Shown here piece after piece: positions 9,614-21,195 of a stretch of 64,000 nucleotides of DNA (positions are counted from its first letter, which is position 1; each line of letters opens with the position of its first letter). The position numbers were made by a program, and so were the translations under genes. The stretch is taken from positions 608,001-672,000 of the forward strand of contig CAVYGB010000002.1 in the NCBI GenBank assembly GCA_963767925.1, given 5' to 3'. A model generated the notes under the pieces. That model ran no database searches, was not told the DNA's origin, and worked only from the letters and a program-made list of their open reading frames with translations. This stretch comes from an uncultured delta proteobacterium (GTDB lineage: Bacteria; Myxococcota_A; Polyangia; Fen-1088).

Positions 9614-9745
9614 ATCGGGGGAGGCCAGGGAGAGTGCCCTTCCCGGCCCCCCCACAGATCCGGACTTGCACGTCCCGAATCCGGCTCTTCGACTCACGGG
9701 GTTCGCTGCGCTCGGGCAGACGCTGTGGACCACGACCACAGCGCC
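9614..9745 (-). mobile_element. Degenerate group II intron 3' fragment (maturase tail, domain V, domain VI)
   Basis: Minus strand reads VVVHSVCPSAANP, then GAGCCGGATTCGGGACGTGCAAGTCCGGATC (D5-like, 9687-9657), then TGTGGGGGGGCCGGGAAGGGCACTCTCCCTGGCCTCCCCCGAT (D6-like, ends AT). Confidence 0.7.
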
Positions 9746-9872
9746 CAGCGCGGCGGCAACACACGCGCGCTTTTTCTTTGCGCGGGCGCTGCGGGCGCGC
9801 GGGCGGCTGGGGCGCTGCGATCGCGAGCGCGGGATGGCTGGGCGCTCGATCGCCGGCGCGGATGACTGGGGG

Positions 9873-10027
9873 CGCTGCGCTTCGGGGAGGGAAGGACTTG
9901 CTCGGGGCTCGCCGGGGCTCACAGCTTCGCGCTTGCCCCTCTGTCGGCGCTGGCAACTTCGCGCAGACGCGAAGTGCGCGCCTCCACTCGCCCCCGGCCA
10001 GGTCCTTCCCTCCCCTGCGCTCCGCTC
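9873..10027. repeat. Second copy (inverted) of the MITE/REP-like element at 369-560
   Basis: cgctgcgcttcgg...ggctcgccgggg...cttcgcgc...gtcggcgct..caa...cgcgcagacgcga...cgcctccactcgcc...ggtccttccc...ctgcgctccgct. Confidence 0.8.
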
Positions 10028-10156
10028 GCGTCGGGGCCCCGCGGGCGGTGGGTCTGGTTCCTTCCCGTCCATGGGAGTCGGAACCGGGAGTCCTTCCCCC
10101 CTTCTGGGGGGACCGGTATCACGCGCGCGAGCTGGCGACACCGCGGGCGACCGGGA

Positions 10157-10597
10157 TCAATCTTCGATGGTGCGCAGGCGCAGGATGACGCCGATCCCGA
10201 TCGCGACGAGCACGACCACCACGGCGACGGCGGCAGGAGAGGAGCCCACCCGCCACACGCTCACGCCCGCGCCGGCGAGGGTCATGCTGATGGCACCGAT
10301 CTTCGTCCGCCGGCGAACGCCGCGGTGGCGGTCCCAGTCGGCGAGCAGCCGCCCGAACAGCCGCGACCGCCGCAGCCAGGCGTGATGGCGCGGCGAGGAG
10401 CGCAGGAAGCAGAAGCTGGCCAGGAGAAGAAACGGGGTGGTCGGCAAGACCGGCGTGACAACCCCCAGCCCCCCGACCCCGACGAAAAACAGCCCCAGCC
10501 CCAGCCAGAGGAACCGCCGCCACCCGGTGGCCAGGGGGGGCCCCGCCGGCGGCGCGGACGGCGCCGGTTCGGGGCCGGATGGTTCGATCGAGGACAT
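10157..10597 (-). CDS. ybaN: YbaN/DUF454 family inner membrane protein
   Basis: LGVVTPVLPTTPFLLLASFCFLRSSPRHHAWL signature. Confidence 0.9.
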   Translation of the reverse strand: MSSIEPSGPEPAPSAPPAGPPLATGWRRFLWLGLGLFFVGVGGLGVVTPVLPTTPFLLLASFCFLRSSPRHHAWLRRSRLFGRLLADWDRHRGVRRRTKIGAISMTLAGAGVSVWRVGSSPAAVAVVVVLVAIGIGVILRLRTIED

Positions 10598-10762
10598 GGG
10601 GCAGGCTCGAGGCCGAGCAGGAAGTATAGCGCCCGCGAACCGCCCCCTCCCGCCCGGCCCCGGCCGGCCCGTCCCGACCGCGACCGCGACCGCACGCAGG
10701 CCGAACGGTGTGGGCGGAGCCCCCCGGCGTTCGCGCGCCCGCGAACCGCCCTTCCCGCCGGG

Positions 10763-13027
<2,265 letters not shown>

Positions 13028-13059
13028 CGCTTGCCTGCCTTCGCTGGGGTTCGCTGCCC

Positions 13060-14325
13060 CTAAGAAGTGAGGGTCTCGGCGCAGGCGGCGGCGCGGGCCA
13101 GCAGGGAGGCGCGCTCGCGCTGGTTGCGGGTCAGGCTGGCGGCGCGCTCGAACTCGACCAGGGCCTCGTCGAAGCGGCGGAGCTTGTGCAGCAGGTCGCC
13201 GCGCACCGCCGGCAGCAGGTGGTACCCGCGCAGGGCCGGCTCGGGCGCCAGCGCGTCGACGAGGGCCAGGCCGGCGGCCGGGCCGTAGGCCATCGCCACC
13301 GCCATGGCCCGGTTGACCTCGACGACCGGCGACGGCTGGCAGCGGGCCAGCGCGGTGTAGAGGTCCGCGATCTGCGGCCAGGCGGTCTCCTCGGCGGTGC
13401 TGGCCCGGGCGTGGCAGGCGGCGATGGCCGCCTGCAAGGTGTAGGGCCCATCGGCCCCGCCGAGCGCGCGGGCCCGCTCCAGGGCGGCCAGACCCCGGCG
13501 GATGAGGAGCTGGTCCCAGGTGCCGCGGTCCTGGGCGTGCAAGGCGACGGGCTGACCGCCGGGGCCGACCCGCGCCGCCGCGCGGGAGGCCTGGAGCTCC
13601 ATCAGCGCGATCAGCCCATGCACCTCGGGCTCGGCGGGCGCGAGCTCGGCCAGCACCCGGCCGAGGCGCAGGGCCTCGCCGCACAGGCCGGGGCGCATCC
13701 AGTCGTCGCCGGCGGTGGCCGAATACCCCTCGTTGAAGACCAGGTAGACCACCTCGAGCGCCGAGGCCAGGCGGTCGGCCAGCTCGGCGCCCCGCGGGAC
13801 CGCGAAGGGGACGCCCTTGTCCGCCAGGGTCCGCTTGGCCCGCAGCAGGCGCTGGGAGATGGTCGGCTCGGGCGTCAGGTAGGCCCGGGCGATCTCGTCG
13901 GTGGTCAGGCCGCAGACCAGCCGCAGGGTGAGCGCGACGCGCGCTTCGGTGGACAGGACCGGGTGGCAGGCGGTGAACACCAGCCGCAACAGATCGTCGC
14001 CGATGTCGTCGTCCATGATGGCTTCCATGTCTGGCCCCGCTTCCTCGCCAGCGCCCTGCGCCCGACCGATCTCCTGCCAGTTGCGCTCCAGGCGCTGGCG
14101 GCGGCGAAGCTCGTCGATGGCCCGATGCTTCGCGGTCTGCATCAGCCAGGCCGCCGGGCTGTCGGGGACGCCGTCGCGTGGCCAGCGCTCGAGCGCGGTC
14201 ACCAGGGCGTCCTGGGCCAGCTCCTCGGCGCGGCCCACGTCGCGGACCAGGCGGGCCAGCCCGGCGATGAGCCGGGCCCGCTCGATGCGGAAGACGGCGT
14301 GGATGGCGGCCTGGGCCTCGCTCAT
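13060..14325 (-). CDS. ECF sigma factor with C-terminal TPR/DUF6596 extension (ECF42 group)
   Basis: AEELAQDALVTALERWP, DDLLRLVFTACHPVL...ALTLRLVCGL, YLVFNEGY, LQAAIAACH; adjacent to a DGPF gene. Confidence 0.9.
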   Translation of the reverse strand: MSEAQAAIHAVFRIERARLIAGLARLVRDVGRAEELAQDALVTALERWPRDGVPDSPAAWLMQTAKHRAIDELRRRQRLERNWQEIGRAQGAGEEAGPDMEAIMDDDIGDDLLRLVFTACHPVLSTEARVALTLRLVCGLTTDEIARAYLTPEPTISQRLLRAKRTLADKGVPFAVPRGAELADRLASALEVVYLVFNEGYSATAGDDWMRPGLCGEALRLGRVLAELAPAEPEVHGLIALMELQASRAAARVGPGGQPVALHAQDRGTWDQLLIRRGLAALERARALGGADGPYTLQAAIAACHARASTAEETAWPQIADLYTALARCQPSPVVEVNRAMAVAMAYGPAAGLALVDALAPEPALRGYHLLPAVRGDLLHKLRRFDEALVEFERAASLTRNQRERASLLARAAACAETLTS

Positions 14326-15194
14326 GTCGGGCCGCTCCCGGGCGCGTCGAGGAAGGCCGGCACCAGGCGGGCCGAGCGCGCGACCATGCTGGGGTCGTGA
14401 TCGTATCCGGACAGCACCTCCAGCCGGGCGTCGGGGAGCAGCCGGCTCATCTCCAGGAGGTGGTCGGAGCGCACGACCCCGTATTCGCCCCCCACGACGA
14501 GGGTGGGCACCCGGATGTCGCGGAGCTGGCTCGGGCGCAGGCCGCCGTCGCTGCCGAACAGGTCCTTCACCCGGCTGACCGCCGCGCCCCACTGCCCGTC
14601 CTGGACCGCCACCCGCTGGAACTCGCGGCGAACCGGCGCCACCGCCGGGTTGCTGTCGATCCGCTCGATGGTGCGGAAGAAGGCCGGGTCGACCCCGGCC
14701 ATGTTGAAGCCGCCCGAGACGATGGCCAGCTTGCGCACGAGGCCGGGCCGGGCCCGCGCGACCTGCAGGGCGACCGAGCTGCCCATGCTGTAGCCGAACA
14801 GGTCCGCCTGCTCGATGTCGAGCTGGCGCAGCAGCTCGACCGTGTCGTCGGCCATCTGCTCGTAGGTCAGGCGCCGATCGATGTCGCCGGTGCGGCCGTG
14901 GGCCTGCTGCTCGATGGCGATCACCTGGCGGGATCCGGCCAGCGTCGACAGGATCTTGCTGAAGGTGATGTCGATGGTGGCGAGCGCGGCGTGCAGCAGC
15001 ACCAGCGGCCGGCCGCGCCCGTGGACCTCGTAGTACATCCGCAGCCCGTTGACCGAGGCGTAGCGGCCGGCGCGGGAGGGCCAGTCGCCCAGCAGCACCT
15101 CCTTTGTCTCGGCGAACGGTCCATCGAGCACCGGGCGGCGGCGGGCGGGGGCCGGGGCGGGCGGGGCGAGGGCGGGCTTGGGGTTGCGCCTCAT
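14322..15194 (-). CDS. Alpha/beta hydrolase with N-terminal DGPFAETKE peptide
   Basis: VNGLRMYYEVHG, LLH, EQQAHGRT, GYSMG nucleophile elbow; SD gaggtga; overlaps the sigma start (ATGA-type coupling). Confidence 0.85.
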   Translation of the reverse strand: MRRNPKPALAPPAPAPARRRPVLDGPFAETKEVLLGDWPSRAGRYASVNGLRMYYEVHGRGRPLVLLHAALATIDITFSKILSTLAGSRQVIAIEQQAHGRTGDIDRRLTYEQMADDTVELLRQLDIEQADLFGYSMGSSVALQVARARPGLVRKLAIVSGGFNMAGVDPAFFRTIERIDSNPAVAPVRREFQRVAVQDGQWGAAVSRVKDLFGSDGGLRPSQLRDIRVPTLVVGGEYGVVRSDHLLEMSRLLPDARLEVLSGYDHDPSMVARSARLVPAFLDAPGSGPT

Positions 15195-15224
15195 CGGGTC
15201 ACCTCATCGGATTCGTCGTTGCGG

Positions 15225-15650
15225 TCAATGCCCGGTCCGGGCGCGCGCCTGCGCCCGGGCACGCCGCTCGGGGGTGAGGGTCTCGCCGGGGTCGTCTCCC
15301 GCCAGGACCGGGCGCAGCTCGATCTCGGTGGCGAGGTTCTCCGGGTTGGGGATCCGCCTGGCCCATTCCAGCGCCTCTTCCATCGACCGTACCTGCCACA
15401 GCCAGAAGCCCGCCACCAGGTCCCGCGACGCCTCGAACGGTCCGTCGACGGCCGTCACTTCGCCGCGCGTGCGCCCCGGCAGGTGGACCCGCGCCCCCAG
15501 CGCGCTGGGCGTCAAGCCCCCCGCGGCCAGCAGCACCCCGGATCGGGCGAGCTCCCCATTGATCGCCATCATCCCGGCGAGCACCCGCTCCGCCGGGAGC
15601 ACCCCCGCCTCGCAGTCAGCAGTGGCCTTGATCATGACCATCACGCGCAT
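15225..15650 (-). CDS. YciI/DGPF-family protein
   Basis: MRVMVMIKAT..EAG...GVLLAAGGL..DGPF..LVAGFWLWQVRSMEEALEWARRIP..IELRP. Confidence 0.9.
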   Translation of the reverse strand: MRVMVMIKATADCEAGVLPAERVLAGMMAINGELARSGVLLAAGGLTPSALGARVHLPGRTRGEVTAVDGPFEASRDLVAGFWLWQVRSMEEALEWARRIPNPENLATEIELRPVLAGDDPGETLTPERRARAQARARTGH

Positions 15651-15701
15651 CGCGCCTCCCGCTCTCCAGGTGTGTCTGGCAGGTCCTGCATCTGGGGACC
15701 C

Positions 15702-15728
15702 GACGAACAACCCATCCGGAAAACGACA
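15702..15728 (-). promoter_or_regulatory. ECF42-type promoter upstream of the DGPF operon
   Basis: Minus strand TGTCGT-N17-CGTC, close to the described ECF42 consensus TGTCGA...CG(A/T)C. Confidence 0.65.
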
Positions 15729-16729
15729 CCCGTCCCTACTCTTTTTCGCGTCGGGGCAGCCGGGGACAGCCGGCCCGCAGGAGCGCCGCCGGGACCGCGG
15801 CGCCGCCGGGCTCGCGATTCGCAAGCTGCGCAAACTGGTGGTTGTGGGCGCCAGCTCGGGCGTGCTGCGGGGCGGCCGCGCCGCGCTGGCCCTCGCTCGG
15901 TCCCGTGCGACACCCGCCGGGAAGGACGGACGGGCGGCTCAGTCAACACAATAGAAAAGCGACAAACTAGCTTGGGCGCAATAGATTTACGTCTCGACGC
16001 GAGGTAGTTTTATGGATAACACTCATGACTTCCCCCGTAAAGACCTCTGCTCCTGCTGACGGCCAGACTACTCAGCAGTACTGATTCATCGACCGACGAA
16101 CAATCCGAGACGTGCACGGATAGGTCAGACGATCGGAGGTTGCGCCGATATGAGCGGATCGGGAGTCGGACCGGCCAATCGTGGCCAGCTCACGAATTGA
16201 ACCCTCCCATCAGGGGCGGCCGTGTTTCAGGCGGCTGTCCCTTGCGCGACGCAGCGCAGTCCGAGTGTGGTGAGGACAGTTGCCCGGACTCGCACCGGGA
16301 CGGAGAGTGCTCCCGAGCACCTCGATCCGTTGGCGCGATCGGCTTCCGGGAGAACGCGTTGCGGGCTGGGGCCGCGGCCGGCACTCGGATCATCTGCGCG
16401 CTCCTAGGCTAGATATCCTGTTCTAGGGACGTAGCGGATCGGTCCTGTCTACGAAGCGTCTCAAGGGGCGGACGATCCTCCCGCCGGGCGTTCGTCTGAA
16501 GCGACTTCGGTCACCTCGACATACTGACTTTCGCCACGCCAGCTCGACGGAATCGTCGTCATCGTCAAGTAGCCGCGCAAGCGGGATCCACCAAAGTCAC
16601 GGCGGCGTCGCCGGCGTAGAGGAAAGAAGTTTCCTCGATCATTTCGGTCGCTGGCGCGGCCGTCGCAAGGTGGGGAGCGTCACTGTCGTCGAGGCATTGA
16701 TCACGATCAATCCACACGAGTGGCGAGCG

Positions 16730-16835
16730 AGGACGTACCCCAAAAGGTCCCCGAGCGGAGCTGGTTTGCCTATCGACCGGAAGACCTTCTTGTTCGTCGG
16801 GCACGAGGAAGCCGGGGACGACAGCGCCGGCCGAG
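16730..16835 (+). pseudogene. IS66 transposase (TnpC) C-terminal relic, internally deleted
   Basis: Translation YPKRSPSG-AGLPID-RKTFLFVGHEEAGDDSAG resembles collapsed IS66 motifs PKSPLG / LPIDNN / GRKNFLFVG.EEAG. Confidence 0.55.
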
Positions 16836-16937
16836 CCCTGGCGAAGCCTCCACATGCCCGCCCCTCTGGGTCGTTCCTGCGTTCCGCGAGGGCCCGGGCG
16901 GTCGAACCACTCGCAAGGGGGGGGGGTAACGGACGGC

Positions 16938-18293
16938 TCAGGTGCAGCCGGGCTGGCCGCTGGTCGTGGGGCGCGGGGCGAGGATGGGGGTGGCGGCGAT
17001 CCGGCAGGTGGTGGCGGCGTTGATGCGCAGGACGCCGGCCGCTCCGCCGCCGCCGCCCCCGCCGCCGTTGCCGTTCTGTCCCCGCGCGCCTGCGCCGGGC
17101 AAGGTCGCGCCGCCGCCGCCGTTGCCGCCGTCGCCGCCGGCGGTCGATTGGCCAGCGCCGCCCGGAGCCGCGCTGGCGACGTCGGACCGGCCATCGTCGC
17201 CGGGGTCGTTGGCCGCTTCGTTGTTGTTGGCCCCGCCCTCGCCGCCGCCACCGCCGAGCGCGGTCACCTGCGCCTCCGGGCCGATGACGACCTGGTTGCC
17301 CTCGAGGAGCACGCCGCCGCCGCTGCCGCCCCCGCCGCCGCCCGCCCGCCGGGCACCGGCCCGTCCGCCGCCGCCGCTGGCGCTGATCTGCCCGTTGATG
17401 GTCAAGGTGCCGGCCGCGGAGATCTGCACCGCCCCGCCGCCGGCTCCCCCCGGACCGCCGGGCTCGGCGGCGCTGTCGCCGCCCTTGCCGCCCGCGCACC
17501 CGCCCCGCAGCGGGAGCAACATCGCCGCGCCGGCGGCCAGCGCGCCCCGGCTGCCTTTGGCGGCGCCCGCGCTGCCGTCACCGCCCTCGCCGCCCGGAGT
17601 ACCGAAGCCGGCGCCACCGCCGCCGCCGCCGTTGTCTCCCGTCCGGGCGCCGTCGCCGCCGCGGCTGCTTCCGCAGGCCGCGCCGCTGGATCCGCCGGGT
17701 CCCGGCGTCGTGCCGGCACCGCGCACGTCCACGGTGCCGTCGATGACCGCGTCGCCGAACACCGCGAACACGACCGGCCGGTCGCCCCGTATCTCCAGCT
17801 CGGCGTCCTCGGCCAGGCGGAGCTGCGCCAGGGCCAGGACGACAACACCGCCGGACACGACCGGGGTGGGCGGCGCCTGGCCACACCAGTTGCCGAACAC
17901 GTTCGAGGACGAGTCGAAGGTCGACTTGCCACAGTCCAGGGTCGTCGCGGCGCCGGGCAGGAGATCATCGGCCACGAAGTTGCTCGTCGGGTAGGGATAG
18001 GCCGGCTCCCGGGCATCGGGCATTCCAGCGTCCGGCAGCCGGGCGTCGCCCGCGGCGGCGCTGCCTTCCGGATCCGCGTCCGCCGGGGAGGGCCCGCCAT
18101 CGTCGCCCCCGACGACAACAGGAGGCCGCACCGGCGGTGGCGCCAGCGGATCGATGGAAGCGGGAGGGGAGCCCCCACCCCTTCGACCGGCGTCCGGAGG
18201 TCCCATCGGGCTCGGCACTTCGGAGCCGGCAACCCCCGAGGCGTCCAGCGAACACCCCAGCGCCAGCCAGGCAAGCAAGGTCAGCGCGCGCAC
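16938..18293 (-). CDS. Gly-rich secreted lipoprotein, hypothetical
   Basis: Lipobox LALGC after GTG 18293; repeated GGGGG..G..GG.GG and GGGSGGGVLL motifs. Confidence 0.75.
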   Translation of the reverse strand: MRALTLLAWLALGCSLDASGVAGSEVPSPMGPPDAGRRGGGSPPASIDPLAPPPVRPPVVVGGDDGGPSPADADPEGSAAAGDARLPDAGMPDAREPAYPYPTSNFVADDLLPGAATTLDCGKSTFDSSSNVFGNWCGQAPPTPVVSGGVVVLALAQLRLAEDAELEIRGDRPVVFAVFGDAVIDGTVDVRGAGTTPGPGGSSGAACGSSRGGDGARTGDNGGGGGGAGFGTPGGEGGDGSAGAAKGSRGALAAGAAMLLPLRGGCAGGKGGDSAAEPGGPGGAGGGAVQISAAGTLTINGQISASGGGGRAGARRAGGGGGGSGGGVLLEGNQVVIGPEAQVTALGGGGGEGGANNNEAANDPGDDGRSDVASAAPGGAGQSTAGGDGGNGGGGATLPGAGARGQNGNGGGGGGGGAAGVLRINAATTCRIAATPILAPRPTTSGQPGCT

Positions 18294-18446
18294 CCCTGAT
18301 GTTTGCCACGAAACCCCCTCAGACCGCGACAGGTACGACACGCTCCCGGTCCTCCCGGGCCCGACGCGGCGCCGTCGCGACGGCGGTTGACGCGAAAACC
18401 CCCACGTTTCCGGGAACAAATCGCCGGGGCGGCCCCGGGCTCCGGA

Positions 18447-19556
18447 TCAAGGGGACTGGGGGCGGGCAGCCAGGAACGCGGCCACCCGTCTGGTCGCGTT
18501 CTGGCGCAGGTTCATGAAGAAGAGCTGGTACTCGATGGCGTGGTAGTTGCCCGCGCCGAGCAGGTGGTCGAGGATCCGGCTGGGGAGATCGCGCGCCACC
18601 GGGCCGAGCTGGGTGATGAGGAGGGTGCCGCCCCGGCACTGCGCGTCCGCGAAGCCGGGGCGCGGCCGGGGGTCGCGCTCCAGGAACACGGCACCCAGGT
18701 TCAGCGCGGCCGGCGCGACGGCGCCGTCGTTGCGCCAGGAGAGGGGGTTGCTGCAGAGGCGCTCGCGGCGATCCGGCAGGTGCATCTCGAACGCGCTCGC
18801 CACGTACCGGGGGCTCTTTGCGTTCCAGGCCACGACACAGTGGAGGTCATCGGCCGCGCCGCAGGCGGCCAGGTCGGGCGCGCGCTCGCGCAGGCCCGCC
18901 GCCGTGAGGCGCCCACCAGGCAGGTAGGCGGCGACGAGCTGGTCCCGGAGGGCCCCGCCCGAGACGACCTCGTACAGGAGCCGTTCGGCCAGCACCGTCC
19001 CCTGGCTGTGGGCGGCCAGGAGGAACGGGCGGCCGGGGCCGCGCCTCGCCTGAAAGGCGTCGAAGGCGCGCCGCACGTCCTGGAACGCCAGCTCGAAGGC
19101 GCGCTCGCCGTCGGCCGACGGCCAGGGGAACGACATCCCGTTGGCCTGGCGGTACCTCGGCGCGTACACCGCGCAGCAGCCGTTGAACGCGGCGGCCTGG
19201 ATGCCGGTGGCCACCCGGTCGGTCGCCGCGTTCAGCGAGGCGTCGTCGGTGGGCCCGTTCCAGCGCCCGCCGAGATAAGACGTCGGGTGCAGGTAGAAGA
19301 CGTCGGCGGGCGCGCGGCGCTGGTCCACGGCCGGCGCCCCCGTCGGCGACCGATCCGCCAGGTCGTCGCGCTCCGGAAGGGCGCTCCAGCTTCCGGGATC
19401 CGTGTAGTCGGGCGGCGCCGGCGGCCCCTGGGCGGCGAAGGGCCCCCGGGGCGAGCTCGCCAGTCGAACCAGCCGACCCAGGTTCAGGAACAGCGCCCCC
19501 CCGATCACGACGCCGCCGAGCCCGATCCAGCCCGCGACCCGCAGCGGTCTGCTCAC
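18447..19556 (-). CDS. DUF3089 family alpha/beta hydrolase
   Basis: DVFYLHPT, YAPRYRQ, PFLLAAHSQG, LVAAYL, CSNPLSW, YH..EY.LF. Confidence 0.9.
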   Translation of the reverse strand: MSRPLRVAGWIGLGGVVIGGALFLNLGRLVRLASSPRGPFAAQGPPAPPDYTDPGSWSALPERDDLADRSPTGAPAVDQRRAPADVFYLHPTSYLGGRWNGPTDDASLNAATDRVATGIQAAAFNGCCAVYAPRYRQANGMSFPWPSADGERAFELAFQDVRRAFDAFQARRGPGRPFLLAAHSQGTVLAERLLYEVVSGGALRDQLVAAYLPGGRLTAAGLRERAPDLAACGAADDLHCVVAWNAKSPRYVASAFEMHLPDRRERLCSNPLSWRNDGAVAPAALNLGAVFLERDPRPRPGFADAQCRGGTLLITQLGPVARDLPSRILDHLLGAGNYHAIEYQLFFMNLRQNATRRVAAFLAARPQSP

Positions 19557-19654
19557 GGGGCCCTCATCGAGCCCGCGCCCTTCGTCCGGGAGCCATCTCG
19601 CCGAATGTAGGCGGCCGCCGTCGAGGACGCCACCGCCATTGGCGGCGGTTCGTT

Positions 19655-19682
19655 TGTCAGACCGGCGGGTGGCGCCGCAAAC
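19655..19682 (+). promoter_or_regulatory. Putative ECF promoter TGTCAG-N16-GCAAAC (copy 1)
   Basis: Same hexamer, pentamer and 16-nt spacing as 20344 and 25488. Confidence 0.7.
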
Positions 19683-19743
19683 AAGCCAGGGAGGACGGCG
19701 CGGTTGTCGCGCTGGCTCGAGGAATCAGCAAAGGAGTGGGGAC

Positions 19744-20226
19744 ATGACGAACGTGAAGATGGGGCTCTTGATCGCGGCAGTCGGATTCACGGCGGTGGCG
19801 TGCGTTCCGCCCGAGGAGGCGGGGGTCGAGGATGTGTCGGCGGCGCCGGTGGCAGCGGAGGCGGTCGAGACGACGACCCAGGCCCTCGGGTCGGAGACCT
19901 GCAAGAACGTCGACCTCTATATCCGGAACAACTTCACGGACGGGTCGCGCACGCCGACCATCCAGATCGACTGGATCGAATATCGGCTGCCGTCGGGCTG
20001 GAACCGGGAGGACCTGCCCAACGACGAGATCACCACCGGCGCCAACCACAAGTTCGACAACGAGGATCTCGGCCACGCTTACAACGACCCGCTGGAGTCG
20101 TGGAACATCCGCTTTCGCTTCCGGGAGAGCGACGGGGACTGGTCGGACTGGGACACGCAGAGCTTCAGCTACACCGGCTCGCCCACCTGTACCGACAGCC
20201 GCGTCTATTCGCTCGTCGTCGACTGA
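19744..20226 (+). CDS. Hypothetical lipoprotein (beta-rich, two further Cys)
   Basis: SD aaggag; lipobox AVAC; VETTTQAL linker typical of myxobacterial secreted proteins. Confidence 0.8.
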   Translation: MTNVKMGLLIAAVGFTAVACVPPEEAGVEDVSAAPVAAEAVETTTQALGSETCKNVDLYIRNNFTDGSRTPTIQIDWIEYRLPSGWNREDLPNDEITTGANHKFDNEDLGHAYNDPLESWNIRFRFRESDGDWSDWDTQSFSYTGSPTCTDSRVYSLVVD

Positions 20227-20343
20227 TCCGGACCTGCGCGCAAAGCGGCGGCGACGCCCCCTCTCCGTCCAACGGGGAGGGGGCGTCGCCCGTTTTGCGA
20301 CCGCGCGCGCGAAAGAGAGGCCCGGCGCGAACGGCGGGATCGC

Positions 20344-20371
20344 TGTCAGACCGCGGCCGCCCGGCGCAAAC
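20344..20371 (+). promoter_or_regulatory. Putative ECF promoter TGTCAG-N16-GCAAAC (copy 2)
   Basis: tgtcag accgcggccgcccggc gcaaac. Confidence 0.7.
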
Positions 20372-20431
20372 GGGTCTGGTGGAGACGGAAGGTATCCGCC
20401 TCCTTCAGACCGTAGACGAGAGGAGATCGCC

Positions 20432-21139
20432 ATGACCTCGAACCACGACCGCACCCACATCGCCACCGGCACGGACCGGCGGCCCAGCGACACCACCCAC
20501 CCCGCTGGCCGCGGCTGGCGCACGCGCCGCTGGCTCGCGCTCGGTGGGCCGGCGCTGCTGCTCGCCAGCGCCGGCCTGGCCGCCGCCGCCATCAGCAACG
20601 TCGTCGGCATGGCGGCCCAGGTCGCGCCGCCGGCGACGGTGCTGCCCGCCGCCAACCAGGGGGCCGTCATCCAGGCCTTCAACGAGCTGCAGAACGTGAT
20701 CCTCCCGGTCGACCTGCCGGTGGACGCCCGGGGCACCAACCCGCCGACGGAGCTGCGGAACGAGCAGGACCTGCGACCGGGGAAGATCCCGGCGGGCACC
20801 TGCGTGAGCAGCCACTACCTGCACTTCGACCCCGCCGCCGCCGCCGCCGTCACCGGCGGGGTGGCCTTCGATGGGCCGATCCTCGGCGTGGCGGTCATGC
20901 CCGACACGCTCGACGCCACCAACCCGCTGGGGTGGCCCTGGACGAGCTACCCGGCCGACGCGAACGCGGGTAGCTGCGCGGTGGGCGCCAACCACTGCGG
21001 CCTGGAGCTGACCGGGCAGGACCTGCTGCGGGTGGGGATCGATCGGGTCGAGCTGTCGGCCTTCGCGGCCAACCCGGGCGACCGCATCCGGGTGATCACG
21101 GCCGGCGACTGCCGGTGCAACAACCCCGGCAAACCCTGA
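20432..21139 (+). CDS. Hypothetical secreted protein
   Basis: SD gaggag; signal RRWLALGGPALLLASAGLAAAA; AFNELQNV..GTCVSSHYLHFDP..FDGPILG..GLE..DRIRVIT domain. Confidence 0.8.
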   Translation: MTSNHDRTHIATGTDRRPSDTTHPAGRGWRTRRWLALGGPALLLASAGLAAAAISNVVGMAAQVAPPATVLPAANQGAVIQAFNELQNVILPVDLPVDARGTNPPTELRNEQDLRPGKIPAGTCVSSHYLHFDPAAAAAVTGGVAFDGPILGVAVMPDTLDATNPLGWPWTSYPADANAGSCAVGANHCGLELTGQDLLRVGIDRVELSAFAANPGDRIRVITAGDCRCNNPGKP

Positions 21140-21195
21140 TGGCTTGCCTCGGGGGCGCGCGGTCGCTAGGGTCGGTCGGTGTGAGGGAACCGGGG

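Noticed and set aside
13028..13684. N-terminal extension of the UvrA-like ORF (973 aa in the track)
   Set aside because: It is an alternative-frame overlap of the ECF42 gene; UvrA homology begins at GTG 13027
16025..16084. 19-aa ORF MTSPVKTSAPADGQTTQQY as a RiPP or signalling peptide
   Set aside because: No SD, no modifying enzymes nearby, no supporting evidence
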